IMG/VR virus record: IMGVR_UViG_3300050343_000182
Source of the DNA: a virus
DNA: 64,000 nucleotides
Strand: one strand, 5' to 3'
The notes under the pieces: model-generated
The model's input: only the letters and a program-made list of their open reading frames with translations
What the model was told of the DNA's origin: nothing
Database searches by the model: none
Shown: in pieces, positions 20,433 to 32,200 of the stretch
Layout of the letters: each line of letters starts with the position of its first letter
Position numbering within the stretch: position 1 is the stretch's first letter
Program-made: the position numbers and the translations under genes

Positions 20433-21019
20433 TTCATTCTTTATTCTCAATTCCGATTGCACACTATGAAATACAGAATTGGAAACAGAATAAAGAAAAG
20501 ATCATGAGTGCTCTGCCTATCTTTGGGCAAGAGCATTTAGATTCTAATGGTGAGCAATACACAGACTTCTTTCATCAGGCAGAATGGGAGTTGCCACCTT
20601 ACGCTGATACGGTAATTGATATTATCGAGCCATACATTGCTGAGTTTACTGAGCGTAGACGCACCGAGTTTACTGACATGTGGTGTCAAACATCATACAA
20701 AGGTCAGAAGCACGGTCTACACAATCATGGACACAGTGGATGGTCAGCAGTAATGTATGTGGACTTTGATCCACAACTCCATCAAGCCACGCAATTCATT
20801 TCACCTTTCAATAATCCTTGGAGCGGTAGGTTACAGTCCTTCGTCCCACCTGTTAAAGAAGGTGACATGGTTATTTTTCCAGCAACCATTGCACATGAGG
20901 CACTACCCAATGAGTCAGACAGACCACGCACCATCGTTTCGTTTAACCTACGAGGCAAAGTTGACAAGGTTAAGAGGACTATGTGGGAGGGTGACCCAAT
21001 CGTTCGTGTAAATGCTTAA
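20429..21019 (+). CDS. 2OG-Fe(II) oxygenase-like protein (TIGR02466-like)
   Basis: HNH...WSAVMYV...EGDMVIFPATIAHE...RTIVSFN. Confidence 0.8.
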   Translation: MIHSLFSIPIAHYEIQNWKQNKEKIMSALPIFGQEHLDSNGEQYTDFFHQAEWELPPYADTVIDIIEPYIAEFTERRRTEFTDMWCQTSYKGQKHGLHNHGHSGWSAVMYVDFDPQLHQATQFISPFNNPWSGRLQSFVPPVKEGDMVIFPATIAHEALPNESDRPRTIVSFNLRGKVDKVKRTMWEGDPIVRVNA

Positions 21020-21093
21020 GGTCCAGTAGCTCAGTGGAATAGAGCAACTGCCTTCTAAGCAGTCGGTCGATGGTTCGAATCCATCCTGGATCG
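21020..21093 (+). tRNA. tRNA-Arg(TCT), CCA not encoded
   Basis: GGTCCAG/CTGGATC acceptor stem, ACTGC-CTTCTAA-GCAGT anticodon arm, GGTTCGAATCC T-arm. Confidence 0.95.
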
Positions 21094-21137
21094 TTGCACC
21101 CTAGGGTGCATGTTGGAAAACCGAATAGGAGTCAGTC

Positions 21138-21362
21138 ATGACTGTTAGAGATCGCTTTGCAGATTCTATGCAAATTCTGAAGGAGACTGTCAATGGTAAC
21201 ATTGCCCTTGACACAGAGTATCCTCCCCTCTTCTCAGCACTCTGTCGCTTTTACAGTGACAAGAGCGCACGTCACGTCCACTTTTGGGGACTGGATGTTG
21301 AGGAGGACTATACGATTCTCATTGATAACATGATTGCCGATGGCGTCCTGGAAATGACCTAA
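21138..21362 (+). CDS. hypothetical protein
   Basis: ORF 74 aa with GGAG RBS. Confidence 0.7.
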   Translation: MTVRDRFADSMQILKETVNGNIALDTEYPPLFSALCRFYSDKSARHVHFWGLDVEEDYTILIDNMIADGVLEMT

Positions 21363-21385
21363 ACTTTACCCTGGTCGGGATACTT

Positions 21386-22009
21386 ATGCTTAAAGAAGAA
21401 ATCACAATTTATAAAGGTAACGTCTGCACCCCACTTAATGATGAGTGTAATGACTTCATCTGGGGTAATTTTATTGATGAATCCGTTGTGACGGGACTTG
21501 AAGATTTCTGGCATAATCAAAACGTCTTGAATTTTCATGAGGGTCAGGTCCTTAGACAAGGAGATGTGACGGTGGATAAGGAGTATAAAGACTCTCTCGA
21601 TCTACATGTCCCTTATCAACTGTCCTGTCCTCAGGTGCAAAACTATATGCACGCACTTCAAGACGTGCTCAATCAATACTTGGAGAGGTTTCCTTTCTGT
21701 GAGACCTCACGATTCCAAGTAAAGGAGCCACTGTCTATGCAGTGGTATCCTAAAGGTGGTGGATTCAAGCAGTGGCATACCGAAAGGTCTAATGCCCTGC
21801 CTGGATCCGTCTATCGACACCTAGTCTTCATGACTTACCTCAATGATGTCCCTGATGGTGGTACCGAATGGTATTATCAGCAGAAGTATGTCCCAGCGCA
21901 GCGTGGATACACTGTGATCTGGCCAGCAGATTGGACATTCCACCATCGTGGTAGAGTCTCTAACGATAGTGAGAAGATGATTATTACAGGTTGGTTTAAT
22001 TTTATCTAA
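21386..22009 (+). CDS. 2OG-Fe(II) oxygenase
   Basis: WHTE...MTYLNDVPDGGT...WTFHHRG...K. Confidence 0.9.
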   Translation: MLKEEITIYKGNVCTPLNDECNDFIWGNFIDESVVTGLEDFWHNQNVLNFHEGQVLRQGDVTVDKEYKDSLDLHVPYQLSCPQVQNYMHALQDVLNQYLERFPFCETSRFQVKEPLSMQWYPKGGGFKQWHTERSNALPGSVYRHLVFMTYLNDVPDGGTEWYYQQKYVPAQRGYTVIWPADWTFHHRGRVSNDSEKMIITGWFNFI

Positions 22010-22017
22010 GGAGTTAC

Positions 22018-22188
22018 ATGGAGACACAGGACGACAAATGGAATAGGGGACTTGACATTTTCATAGAGAGTGTGCTAGAACCTGATCCCAAACTGAGAGC
22101 ATGTGCTCATTCCCAGAAATGTTACCACGAACTGTTGTGGATCCGTGAGGATGTGCTATCATATTTGAAGACACTCAGACGACCATGA
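22018..22188 (+). CDS. small hypothetical protein
   Basis: AGGAG RBS; MET...WNRGLDIFIESVLEPD...CAH...C. Confidence 0.65.
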   Translation: METQDDKWNRGLDIFIESVLEPDPKLRACAHSQKCYHELLWIREDVLSYLKTLRRP

Positions 22189-22466
22189 ATGATCTTGATC
22201 CGCAGTCAGTCGCAACGACCAAGACTACTGTGATTCACGAGAGGTTTCCCTATCGCTATGTGCAGAAGGGTCACATTCAATTGAATGGCAAACCTGATTT
22301 TCGTTTGCAAAAAGCAAACGAGTATACAAAGAAGTATTCTGACATCTATCTCTTTGATAATGGTGATCAGATGCTTCTTGCTATTGAAGACTTTGAGTAT
22401 GCCAAATGGTTAGACCCTGCTGGTGTCCCTTGCTATACACGAGACAGTGTTAAAGCGTCTTCTTAA
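22185..22466 (+). CDS. conserved cyanophage hypothetical protein
   Basis: HERFPYRYVQKG...WLDPAGVPCY. Confidence 0.75.
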   Translation: MNDLDPQSVATTKTTVIHERFPYRYVQKGHIQLNGKPDFRLQKANEYTKKYSDIYLFDNGDQMLLAIEDFEYAKWLDPAGVPCYTRDSVKASS

Positions 22467-22677
22467 CGTCTGGAAGTATTCCCTAGGGTCATTCTCTGAT
22501 GACAAGACAGGACCCTATGATAATTACATTGCAGGTATTCGTACCTGCATTTTTGTATCCTATCTTGTCACCAATTGTTTTATCGTCAGCGGAGTTATCC
22601 GTCACTGGAATTATGAAAGCAGAATTGACAGCAGCAACAGAGGCACTCAAGAAAGCACTGCACAGTGCGATCGATGA
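22423..22677 (+). CDS. small membrane protein (start probably a downstream GTG)
   Basis: WKYSLGSFSD...IRTCIFVSYLVTNCFIVSGVIRHW. Confidence 0.6.
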   Translation: MSLAIHETVLKRLLNVWKYSLGSFSDDKTGPYDNYIAGIRTCIFVSYLVTNCFIVSGVIRHWNYESRIDSSNRGTQESTAQCDR

Positions 22678-22930
22678 CCCTAACTTCAATCGCAGTCACC
22701 TGAGTGAGCTGTGGCGTCACTACAATGGTCTACAGACCATCACTGAGCAGTGTGCTGAGGACGTGCCACAGATCGAATTCCCTAGCAGTCCGATCTATCT
22801 CAACGATAACTATGACTTCCAGAACATTGAGAGCAGTGACACGATCTCCTTCAGTGGGGACACCTTTGCAGCACAACCAGTAGACCTCGGTGGGGTGATC
22901 GGTGGACAGGATGTCATCACATTTTCTTAA
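22613..22930 (+). CDS. hypothetical protein
   Basis: ATG 22613 in the 22499 frame. Confidence 0.6.
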   Translation: MKAELTAATEALKKALHSAIDDPNFNRSHLSELWRHYNGLQTITEQCAEDVPQIEFPSSPIYLNDNYDFQNIESSDTISFSGDTFAAQPVDLGGVIGGQDVITFS

Positions 22931-22936
22931 GGGGGC

Positions 22937-22965
22937 TTGACAAATATTGTAAAGTTATATATAGT
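22937..22965 (+). promoter_or_regulatory. sigma70-type promoter for the hli genes
   Basis: TTGACA-17 nt-TATAGT. Confidence 0.75.
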
Positions 22966-22990
22966 TACAAGAAGTAACATACCTTAACAA

Positions 22991-23209
22991 ATGACTGTTA
23001 CAATCGAAGACGGTGGTCGCACCAACATGTATGCCACCGAGCCCCAAATGTACATCGACCCTAAAGTGGAGAAAGCAATGCAATCAGAAGTATACGAGAC
23101 TCACAATGAGTCCGCAGAGAAACTCAACGGACGCCTAGCAATGCTTGGCATCGTCTCTGCCTTCCTGTCCTATGCCTTCACTGGCAAACTCTTCTTCGGA
23201 GTGTGGTGA
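22991..23209 (+). CDS. hli: high-light-inducible protein
   Basis: AEKLNGRLAMLG motif. Confidence 0.95.
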   Translation: MTVTIEDGGRTNMYATEPQMYIDPKVEKAMQSEVYETHNESAEKLNGRLAMLGIVSAFLSYAFTGKLFFGVW

Positions 23210-23210
23210 A

Positions 23211-23318
23211 ATGACTCCTCAAGCAGAACGTTTTAATGGTTGGATGGCAATGATCGGAATCGTTGCCGCAATGGGCACCTACGCTGTCACAGGACAGATC
23301 ATCCCAGGTATTTGGTAA
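23211..23318 (+). CDS. hli: high-light-inducible protein (35 aa)
   Basis: MTPQAERFNGWMAMIGIVAAMGTYAVTGQIIPGIW translated by hand. Confidence 0.93.
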   Translation: MTPQAERFNGWMAMIGIVAAMGTYAVTGQIIPGIW

Positions 23319-23455
23319 TGAGTCTAGAGGTATTTCAGACGATCGTCTTCTGTTTTACTCCTTTCATTATCTTGCTACTACTAGCAGACACTGATGAGGA
23401 TGACGACGGAAGTGATGGGGGAATGATGATTCCTTCTTATGCTCCAACCTCTTGA
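23318..23455 (+). CDS. small single-TM protein with acidic tail
   Basis: MSLEVFQTIVFCFTPFIILLLLADTDEDDDGSDGGMMIP. Confidence 0.6.
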   Translation: MSLEVFQTIVFCFTPFIILLLLADTDEDDDGSDGGMMIPSYAPTS

Positions 23456-23485
23456 CAACCACGCTAAATACGCTATGATACTCGG

Positions 23486-24103
23486 GTGCCTCTGGCACCC
23501 TTTTCTATTATGGATAGACTAGACATGAGACCACTTGTAATGGTAACAGCAATGCTGCCACTGCTTATGGCATGTACTTCTTCTGCTCCTCACAAAGTTG
23601 AAGCAGCAGGACTGAGACCTACAAAGATCTTAGAGACTAAATGGGAGTGTGAAGATTGCTCCCCTGAAGAGACAAAAGTCGTAGCGTATTTACAAACACC
23701 ATCAGTAAATATCAAAGACAAAAATGCTATTGCTACAATTCTTGGCAACATTAGACAGGAGTCTAATTTCACTGCCAATATATGCGAGGGAGGTGCTAGA
23801 GTTTCTTACCACGATTGTCATCGGGGTGGTTATGGCATCATTCAGTGGACCAGCGTAAACCGCTACGTCAACCTCGGCAAATTTGCCAATAAGTTTGAGT
23901 GTGATCCCTCCACATTCGACTGCCAACTTCGTTACATGGTTAACGAGAATATATTTCAGCGTCAACTTCCATACTTCCAATCGAATGGAATGAGTATTGC
24001 ATACTATATGCAACCTTCTTATCGTTGGTTGGGATGGGGCATCAAAGGTAACCGTGAAGTATATGCTTGGGATTATCTAAATAAACTCAGGTTGGATGCA
24101 TGA
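23486..24103 (+). CDS. phage tail lysozyme-like (Phage_lysozyme2) protein with probable lipobox
   Basis: AIATILGNIRQES...GGYGIIQWT; LLMAC lipobox if start is ATG 23525. Confidence 0.7.
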   Translation: MPLAPFSIMDRLDMRPLVMVTAMLPLLMACTSSAPHKVEAAGLRPTKILETKWECEDCSPEETKVVAYLQTPSVNIKDKNAIATILGNIRQESNFTANICEGGARVSYHDCHRGGYGIIQWTSVNRYVNLGKFANKFECDPSTFDCQLRYMVNENIFQRQLPYFQSNGMSIAYYMQPSYRWLGWGIKGNREVYAWDYLNKLRLDA

Positions 24104-24106
24104 GTC

Positions 24107-24262
24107 ATGTATTGCTTAGAGTTTTACTGGGATGGTAACTGGGTTAAGTTAAAAAACTACTCCAACCTATCCCTACACAAGGCTCAATTTCTTCTGCACC
24201 TGTGTGAAGCAGGGCAGAAGGCATTCCAAACTAAAAAAGAATTCAGGATGATTGCTCAATGA
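24107..24262 (+). CDS. small hypothetical protein
   Basis: 51-aa ORF translated by hand, overlaps next ATG. Confidence 0.5.
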   Translation: MYCLEFYWDGNWVKLKNYSNLSLHKAQFLLHLCEAGQKAFQTKKEFRMIAQ

Positions 24263-24564
24263 TTGAAGACTGGCGCTATGACGACGGCAAGATGGCAGAG
24301 AGACAGATTTGTCTGACTGCATTTATTCATAAGCAAATCCCCATAAATAGAGAAGTGTATGAGTTCTGTCACTACTATGTGTCGAATGGGTTGCTTAATG
24401 TCCCATCCACCCAGCAAGGATTAGAAGAAGCATTGTCTACCCATGGCGGAGACCTCTATGCTTTCGTTGGTGAGAATCTCTTCAAAGAATTTTCTAAATA
24501 TCAATCCATTAATGGAAGAAAAGAAACAACTCTCAACAAAGAAAGCAGTAAAGAAACTACTTAA
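24259..24564 (+). CDS. hypothetical protein
   Basis: ORF 101 aa. Confidence 0.65.
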   Translation: MIEDWRYDDGKMAERQICLTAFIHKQIPINREVYEFCHYYVSNGLLNVPSTQQGLEEALSTHGGDLYAFVGENLFKEFSKYQSINGRKETTLNKESSKETT

Positions 24565-24649
24565 AGGAGCAAAGAAACATCCCAATTGGTATACACCAGA
24601 GGAAGTTTTGTATGCTAAGATGATTAAAAAGACACTGAAAAAAAAGTAA
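24512..24649 (+). CDS. small basic hypothetical protein
   Basis: KKLLKGAKKHPNWYTPEEVLYAKM. Confidence 0.6.
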   Translation: MEEKKQLSTKKAVKKLLKGAKKHPNWYTPEEVLYAKMIKKTLKKK

Positions 24650-24650
24650 C

Positions 24651-26120
24651 ATGCGTATTGTGATTGTCGGTGGTGGTACATCTGGTTGGATGACTGCCGC
24701 CGCTTTTTGTAAAACTTTCCCTAACTGGGACATCACTATGATCAATGGTGGTGATGCCATCGGTGTAGGTGAAAGCACTACGCCACACATCAATCAGTAT
24801 CTTGATTACATGGGGATCACTGATGAAGTATTCCTCCCTGCAGCACGAGCAACATTCAAATCCTCTTCAAGGTTTGATGGTTTCGTGAAGGAGGGTGAAG
24901 TATTTCACTATCCCAATGGACAGTCAGTCGCAAAACATATAAAATTTCAAGAGTGGATGCTCGCCAAAGCATTTCATCCAGAGAATCTACCACCCTTCTC
25001 CCAAGTATTCATGCCATTCACGGCGGTGGCAGAGGCAGGGCGACTACCACTGAATAAAAATATCCTAGGACCATATGACCTCGCTAAAGACAGATCATTC
25101 CATATTAACGGAGCAGCCTTCTCCAACTTTCTCAGAGACACCTTCTGCAAAGATCTTAAGGTGGTTAATAGCACAGTTAAGTCTGTTGCTACTAAAGGAA
25201 GGAACATCGAGCACGTCGTGGTCACAGGTGGACCATACAAACTCGGGGGAGAAAAGATTTTTGGTGATCTCTTTATCGACTGTAGTGGGCAGCAAGCAGT
25301 TGTCGGGGGGGCGCTTAGCAAGTGGAAACCCTACGATTCAATTGTAACTGACAGCGCACTCGTAGTTAAGACTGACTACACTGATCGTGAGACCGAGATG
25401 GTCCCCTACACCAACGCTAAAGCAATGACTGCTGGTTGGCAGTGGACCATCCCTACCTATGACTTCCTCAGCAGGGGATATGTATTCTGCTCAAAGTTTC
25501 AGAGCGAAGAGGATGCCCGTAAAGAATTCGGATACGATGATGCACGTCTGATCAAGTTTGAAAACGGCAGGCATGAGAGAGCATGGACAGGTAACTGTGT
25601 GTCCATCGGACTCTCGTTTGGATTCATTGAGCCGTTAGAATCTACAAGTCTCTTCAACACACACCATGGCATCCTTGCTCTCATGGACCTCCTACAGGAG
25701 GCACCTCTGCCTGGACAATTCCAGCGTGATCGCTTCAACCATAACCTCACTGAGCATATGGACGGATGGCGTGAGTTTGTAGAGGCACACTACTATTACA
25801 GTCGCCGTCGTGACACACCTTTCTGGAGTCATGTCAGCGATGAGATAGAGTATGATCTCACAGGAACCCATGAAGCCATTCAGTATATTATGAATGGCAA
25901 CGAAGCCATTTCCCATGGTGGCACACAGGTCCTTCACATCCTTGCAGGATCAGGTTATACTACAGTCAACAAGCGACTCACTGAATACTTCAAGTATCCA
26001 GAGCTTGTTACTCGTCGCAAAGTCGATGACTGGGCATATGAGCACCAACTTGTGCTACAATATGCCAAGACATGTCCTCCTATGTCGGTTTTCTTGGAGT
26101 CCACCTTCGATTACACTTGA
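24651..26120 (+). CDS. prnA: flavin-dependent (tryptophan) halogenase family protein
   Basis: GGGTSG FAD motif, IGVGEST, GWQWTIP, FIEPLEST. Confidence 0.9.
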   Translation: MRIVIVGGGTSGWMTAAAFCKTFPNWDITMINGGDAIGVGESTTPHINQYLDYMGITDEVFLPAARATFKSSSRFDGFVKEGEVFHYPNGQSVAKHIKFQEWMLAKAFHPENLPPFSQVFMPFTAVAEAGRLPLNKNILGPYDLAKDRSFHINGAAFSNFLRDTFCKDLKVVNSTVKSVATKGRNIEHVVVTGGPYKLGGEKIFGDLFIDCSGQQAVVGGALSKWKPYDSIVTDSALVVKTDYTDRETEMVPYTNAKAMTAGWQWTIPTYDFLSRGYVFCSKFQSEEDARKEFGYDDARLIKFENGRHERAWTGNCVSIGLSFGFIEPLESTSLFNTHHGILALMDLLQEAPLPGQFQRDRFNHNLTEHMDGWREFVEAHYYYSRRRDTPFWSHVSDEIEYDLTGTHEAIQYIMNGNEAISHGGTQVLHILAGSGYTTVNKRLTEYFKYPELVTRRKVDDWAYEHQLVLQYAKTCPPMSVFLESTFDYT

Positions 26121-26145
26121 CAAGGTGTTGAAAACCATATATAGT
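26117..26145 (+). promoter_or_regulatory. sigma70-type promoter for psbA
   Basis: TTGACA-17 nt-TATAGT. Confidence 0.75.
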
Positions 26146-26174
26146 ATGGACGGTCGTTACACAACGACACACTT

Positions 26175-26291
26175 GACGCCTCACCAAGACTAAACAGCGT
26201 CATTAAATAACAGTCTTTCATACCTGCTGCTGAGGGTGCAACAGGCATATTATATTAGTGTTTCCCTGCACTCATACCTACCCTAATTTCA

Positions 26292-26294
<3 letters not shown>
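26175..26294 (+). ncRNA. PhotoRC-II-like structured psbA leader
   Basis: CAGTCTTTCATACC...TGAGGGTG...TTTCCCTG immediately 5' of psbA matches recalled PhotoRC-II pattern. Confidence 0.7.
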
Positions 26295-27372
<1,078 letters not shown>

Positions 27373-27393
27373 TCACTCAACTTGTGGTATAAT

Positions 27394-27422
27394 AAAGGGG
27401 TCTACGGACCCCTTTTCTTTTC
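27394..27422 (+). terminator. intrinsic terminator after psbA
   Basis: AAAGGGGTC-TACG-GACCCCTTT plus T run. Confidence 0.85.
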
Positions 27423-27441
27423 TTCATTACTGTAAAGTTTT

Positions 27442-27663
27442 ATGTCTACTGATCTAATCGAATTGCTCACTTACTATGTGATCGGTGGTGCTTTAATCAT
27501 TGGTCCTCCTGCTATCTTCCTTATCATTGCTATGATGGGTGCTATCCAAAATACAAAAGGTCGCATGGTTGGATACAAAGATCATAAAATGTATGGTGAC
27601 ATCTCATTCTACGAGAATGCACCTAGTGATCAAACAAAATTCTATTTGGAACTAAACAACTAA
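27442..27663 (+). CDS. small membrane protein between psbA and psbD
   Basis: ORF 73 aa with TM segment YYVIGGALIIGPPAIFLIIAM. Confidence 0.7.
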   Translation: MSTDLIELLTYYVIGGALIIGPPAIFLIIAMMGAIQNTKGRMVGYKDHKMYGDISFYENAPSDQTKFYLELNN

Positions 27664-27674
27664 GGTAAAATTCA

Positions 27675-28730
27675 ATGACGACTGCTACACTACAACAACA
27701 ACGGAGGGGTTGGTTTGATATCCTTGATGACTGGCTTAAACGGGATCGCTTTGTCTTTGTGGGTTGGTCTGGAATACTTCTTCTTCCCACTGCTTATCTT
27801 GCCATTGGTGGTTGGCTTACTGGCACAACTTTTGTCACGAGTTGGTACACCCACGGACTTGCTACTTCCTATCTTGAGGGTGCTAATTTTCTTACGTCAG
27901 CTGTCTCAACGCCTGCTGACGCTATGGGTCATTCTCTTCTTCTACTTTGGGGTCCTGAAGCTCAGGGGGATTTCGTCCGCTGGTGCCAACTTGGGGGACT
28001 CTGGGCTTTCGTGGCTCTCCACGGTGCCTTCGCTCTCATTGGTTTCATGCTTAGACAGTTTGAGATCGCTCGTCTAGTTGGTATCCGTCCCTACAATGCT
28101 ATTGCGTTCTCTGGTCCTATTGCTGTCTTTGTCAGCGTATTCCTTCTGTATCCACTGGGTCAGTCTTCATGGTTCTTTGCACCTAGTTTCGGGGTAGCAG
28201 CAATCTTTAGATTCCTACTCTTCCTGCAAGGTTTCCACAACTGGACCCTCAACCCCTTCCATATGATGGGTGTTGCTGGTATACTGGGTGGAGCATTGCT
28301 ATGTGCAATCCATGGTGCTACTGTAGAAAACACGCTGTTTGAAGATGGTGAGCAAGCGAATACTTTCAAGGCTTTTGAGCCTACGCAAGAGGAGGAAACT
28401 TACTCGATGGTTACTGCGAACCGTTTCTGGTCACAGATCTTCGGTATTGCTTTTAGTAACAAGCGTTGGTTGCATTTCTTTATGCTATTCGTGCCCGTCA
28501 TGGGTCTCTGGACTTCTTCTATCGGTATTGTTGGACTCGCTCTTAATCTTCGTGCTTACGACTTCGTATCTCAGGAGATTCGTGCAGCGGAGGATCCTGA
28601 ATTCGAGACCTTCTACACCAAGAATATCCTCCTGAATGAAGGACTCCGTGCTTGGATGGCACCTGCTGACCAACCACATGAAAACTTCATCTTCCCTGAG
28701 GAAGTACTACCAAGAGGTAATGCACTGTGA
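27675..28730 (+). CDS. psbD: photosystem II D2 protein, intact
   Basis: [14 protein letters not shown]...[10 protein letters not shown]. Confidence 0.99.
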   Translation: MTTATLQQQRRGWFDILDDWLKRDRFVFVGWSGILLLPTAYLAIGGWLTGTTFVTSWYTHGLATSYLEGANFLTSAVSTPADAMGHSLLLLWGPEAQGDFVRWCQLGGLWAFVALHGAFALIGFMLRQFEIARLVGIRPYNAIAFSGPIAVFVSVFLLYPLGQSSWFFAPSFGVAAIFRFLLFLQGFHNWTLNPFHMMGVAGILGGALLCAIHGATVENTLFEDGEQANTFKAFEPTQEEETYSMVTANRFWSQIFGIAFSNKRWLHFFMLFVPVMGLWTSSIGIVGLALNLRAYDFVSQEIRAAEDPEFETFYTKNILLNEGLRAWMAPADQPHENFIFPEEVLPRGNAL

Positions 28731-28972
28731 TTAAATCACTCTTCAGTATTATGTTTGCTGCTCTAATGTGGGTGCAAGTCCCACAGTGGAGTGACGATTG
28801 GTCTAAGTGTGCAGTAGATGTGCCTGACACATCATGTCATTGGTATATCACTGCACCTGATAACACCTTTGGTGAAGGATTCAGTTGGGCTAATGCTCCT
28901 TGGTTTAGTGCCGAGGGTCTTCGTGATGTTGGTGAGTTACACAACACAGTTCAATCTCTTCAGGAGGCATGA
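28727..28972 (+). CDS. conserved cyanophage protein with signal-like N-terminus
   Basis: [13 protein letters not shown]...CHWY. Confidence 0.7.
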   Translation: MIKSLFSIMFAALMWVQVPQWSDDWSKCAVDVPDTSCHWYITAPDNTFGEGFSWANAPWFSAEGLRDVGELHNTVQSLQEA

Positions 28973-29175
28973 TGAATAGTTTTGAAGTCTTTCTTTACTT
29001 CACATGCTTCGCTCTCATTGCTGGCGGTGCCTTTGCTCTTATGTATTACAACCTTAAATCTATTTACTGGGGTGCTAGATCTCGGAAACATCCCGAGGCA
29101 CCTCAGATAGGTGAAGAGGTATTGTATGTAGATCTATCCAGAGAAAAACTGGAGAATCTATACAACGATAAATAA
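28969..29175 (+). CDS. DUF2973-like membrane protein
   Basis: TM helix then KHPEAP...LYVD. Confidence 0.6.
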   Translation: MMNSFEVFLYFTCFALIAGGAFALMYYNLKSIYWGARSRKHPEAPQIGEEVLYVDLSREKLENLYNDK

Positions 29176-29259
29176 AGTATCGTCGCCGCTGATGTGGATG
29201 GCAAAATCCATCAAACACATCACACTAAATAGAGGAGCAGCACCCGCTCCTCTTTTTTA

Positions 29260-32200
29260 ATGTCCGAGCATATTCGTAATCTAGTTGCTCGCTGTTACAA
29301 TGTCACGGGTCCGATTGGTCTGACCCCCAACGCATTGGATGGTGAGAATCCTGCTAGTGAATTTAGACCCGCAGGTGGAACCTCCGAGGGTATACCACCA
29401 ACACTAACACCTTCTGAAGTGATTCAGAATCTGGTGGGTAGATGTTATGGTCCTACTGCACCACCAAACAGTCCCAACCCACTGGACTCGCTCAATATCC
29501 CTGAGCGTCCTGATGCTCCTGAATTTACTCCCCCGCCAACACCTAATGAGGTGATTCAAGATCTGGTTGGGAGATGTTACCCTGCCCTTCCGCCACTACT
29601 ACCACCCCGTCCACCTGACGATTTACCTGATCTCCCTACGATTGTTAACATCGATCCTATTATTTGTTTCGTTGTAGATGAATTAGGTATAGAAATTCCT
29701 GGTCTGAAATGCGGCAATCCCATCACCATCCACTGGCCAACTGGTCCCGAGCCTGATGGTCCATGGATAGGCACTGGTGGTAGCACTGGCGGTGGTCCCC
29801 CTGATGACTGTAAGCGTGTCAGTGAGTTAAGAATTCGTGGCAAAGTAAAAGATATAGGTAATGGATACTGGAAAGTAATTGGAAGTGACCCTGAAGAGAT
29901 ATTGTATTGTCCTTTCTCTAAACCAGAGGATGACGATTGGGCACGATGTGTTAGAAAAACTTTAGAATGTACATTCAAACCATACCTAGGTGGTGGTTGG
30001 ACACCTGCCAAGGCAGACTGTGAAGGATTCCACCCTCGTGGATGGTCTGCTAACAAGACGGAAGTTTGTATCAAGAACTGCTTCCCTGAGAGAGTCCCTG
30101 TCTATGAATCCGAGAATGGTAATGAGTACAACTATCACAATGAGATTGCTGGTCCTTCTGGATACTCTCTGACTGATGGTGATGCTGCATGGTGGTGCCT
30201 AAAGGATAAGGTGCCTGGATCAGCAGGTGGTAGTGGACAAAACGTAGAGCTAATCACTGGTAGCAATTCAGGATTCACAACATCAGAAAAGAATCCACCG
30301 ATCAAAACTACTAACAATGAAGGTGTAGGTAATGGCACCTGGGTTTATAATGAGGGTGGTGCTGACTTCTGGCCTAAGAAAAACCTAGGTTTAAGTAGTG
30401 GCAATGGAAGAAGAGGAGATATCGCACAGCACACTATCAGATATGGTGGTGCTGTGATTAACTTTGAAGTCAGACCTGTATATAATGTAGGCAGTGATGG
30501 TAAGGCAGATGATATTGATAGTGAGTGGAGAGTAACCTCTTGGACTGGTAAACTTCCTGAGTCTGGTGTGGAGATTCCATTTACATTCATGCCTCAGCAG
30601 AATGGTAATGACGGTCAGAGGGTGATGAATATCACTGCATCTATCCTTGGATCTGAGACAAGAGATAGAAGTGTGCCTCTGTTTAAGTACAAAGGTAGCA
30701 ATCCTCATGATTATTTCCTGACCACTAACCCTGGTGCTCCTGATACTCAGGGTGCTGGTGAGAGAGACACCATGAATGGTGCTGGCATGGTCTTCCATAG
30801 TATCCTGGGGTATGTCTTCCAGAAGAAACCCGATGGCATTGAATTCATTGCTGATAAGGAAAAACTGTGGGGACTTCATCGCTTCTACAATCCCTCCACA
30901 GGTGACCATAGGTATACAATTGACCCACAGAACAACACCATCCCTCAGAGGGTCTCACGGAGCAGGTTTGCATACCGTATCCCTCAGAAGGTTACTACTG
31001 ATCTTACCGTCCGTCTGGATGTGGAGAAGGGTAAGGCAGGATACGACAATGCATTTGGTTACTACCTAGCAAATAGCAGTGGTCCTCAGTGGGGCAAGAT
31101 CGTTGTGCCTAGTGCTAAGAATGCTGAAGAGGGTGGTGGTAACGAGACCAACGTCGTCACAATCAGTGTGTCTGAGTTGCAGGCATATAAAGGTGGCACC
31201 ATGGGATTCTTCCTGCTGTCTGATGGTGCTGGTCAAAACAGTCTGAGCACCAACCAGACATTTAATATCAACTCACACTCCAACGGTCATGGTTCTGGAT
31301 TCCGTGGTAGTGGTATTGATACCAAGGAGAATGATTACATCCTCTTCTCAGATAAGGAGTGGAATCCTGAGGACAAGAAGGACTACACCAAGTGGAAGGG
31401 TCCCAACAAACAGATGTGGGAAGACCTTATTGATGGTGACGATGACTATGATGACCTGATCCTTTGGCATACTGTAGAGTTTACTGCTTATCCTGGTTAC
31501 ATTTACGAGGGTATTCAGTGCTATGTGTTTGCAGACAACAGACCTGAGCCTGTGATGCTGAAGATTGATCTGTCTAACCCATGTGATCCTCAGTCATTTA
31601 AGAAAAACTTTAAGGATGTTATCCTCCAACGTCAGGGGTGTGGTAACGATTCACCTATCACATTTGGTGAGTGGGATGAAAACCATGAGTGTGGTAAGTG
31701 TGACGGGGACTACTCAATCTCACAAGGTCGTAACCAAACTATTACTACGATCACAGGTGGTAACTTTAAGTTGAAGTCCTTCGGTGGTATCACTGGTGGT
31801 AGCACAGGTGACTGCATCAGATTCAAAATGAGGATGAAAAAGAATGGATCGGAGATCTTTTCGCAGAGGTATGACGCTGGGGACTGGCCGACTATTGGGC
31901 AAGACCTCTATGATGGCACCATTTCCCTCTCGCCTGGAGACAAACTTAACTTCAAACTGCAGTCAATTATCACTGGTCCACCTACAGGAACGATCACACC
32001 ATACTGTGCTCTATGGAATGTAGACACAGGTAAGTTTGAGATGCAGTGGGGTCTCCAGTTGACAACAGTGTCTGGTGATAACCCACTCAGTCCTATGATG
32101 ATGGCAAACACACAGTTACTTAGTATTCAATCTGCTGGTGCTGTGGTTGGAATAAACTTCCAATTCTATCCATCATATGGATCTCAGATCAATGCCAAGG

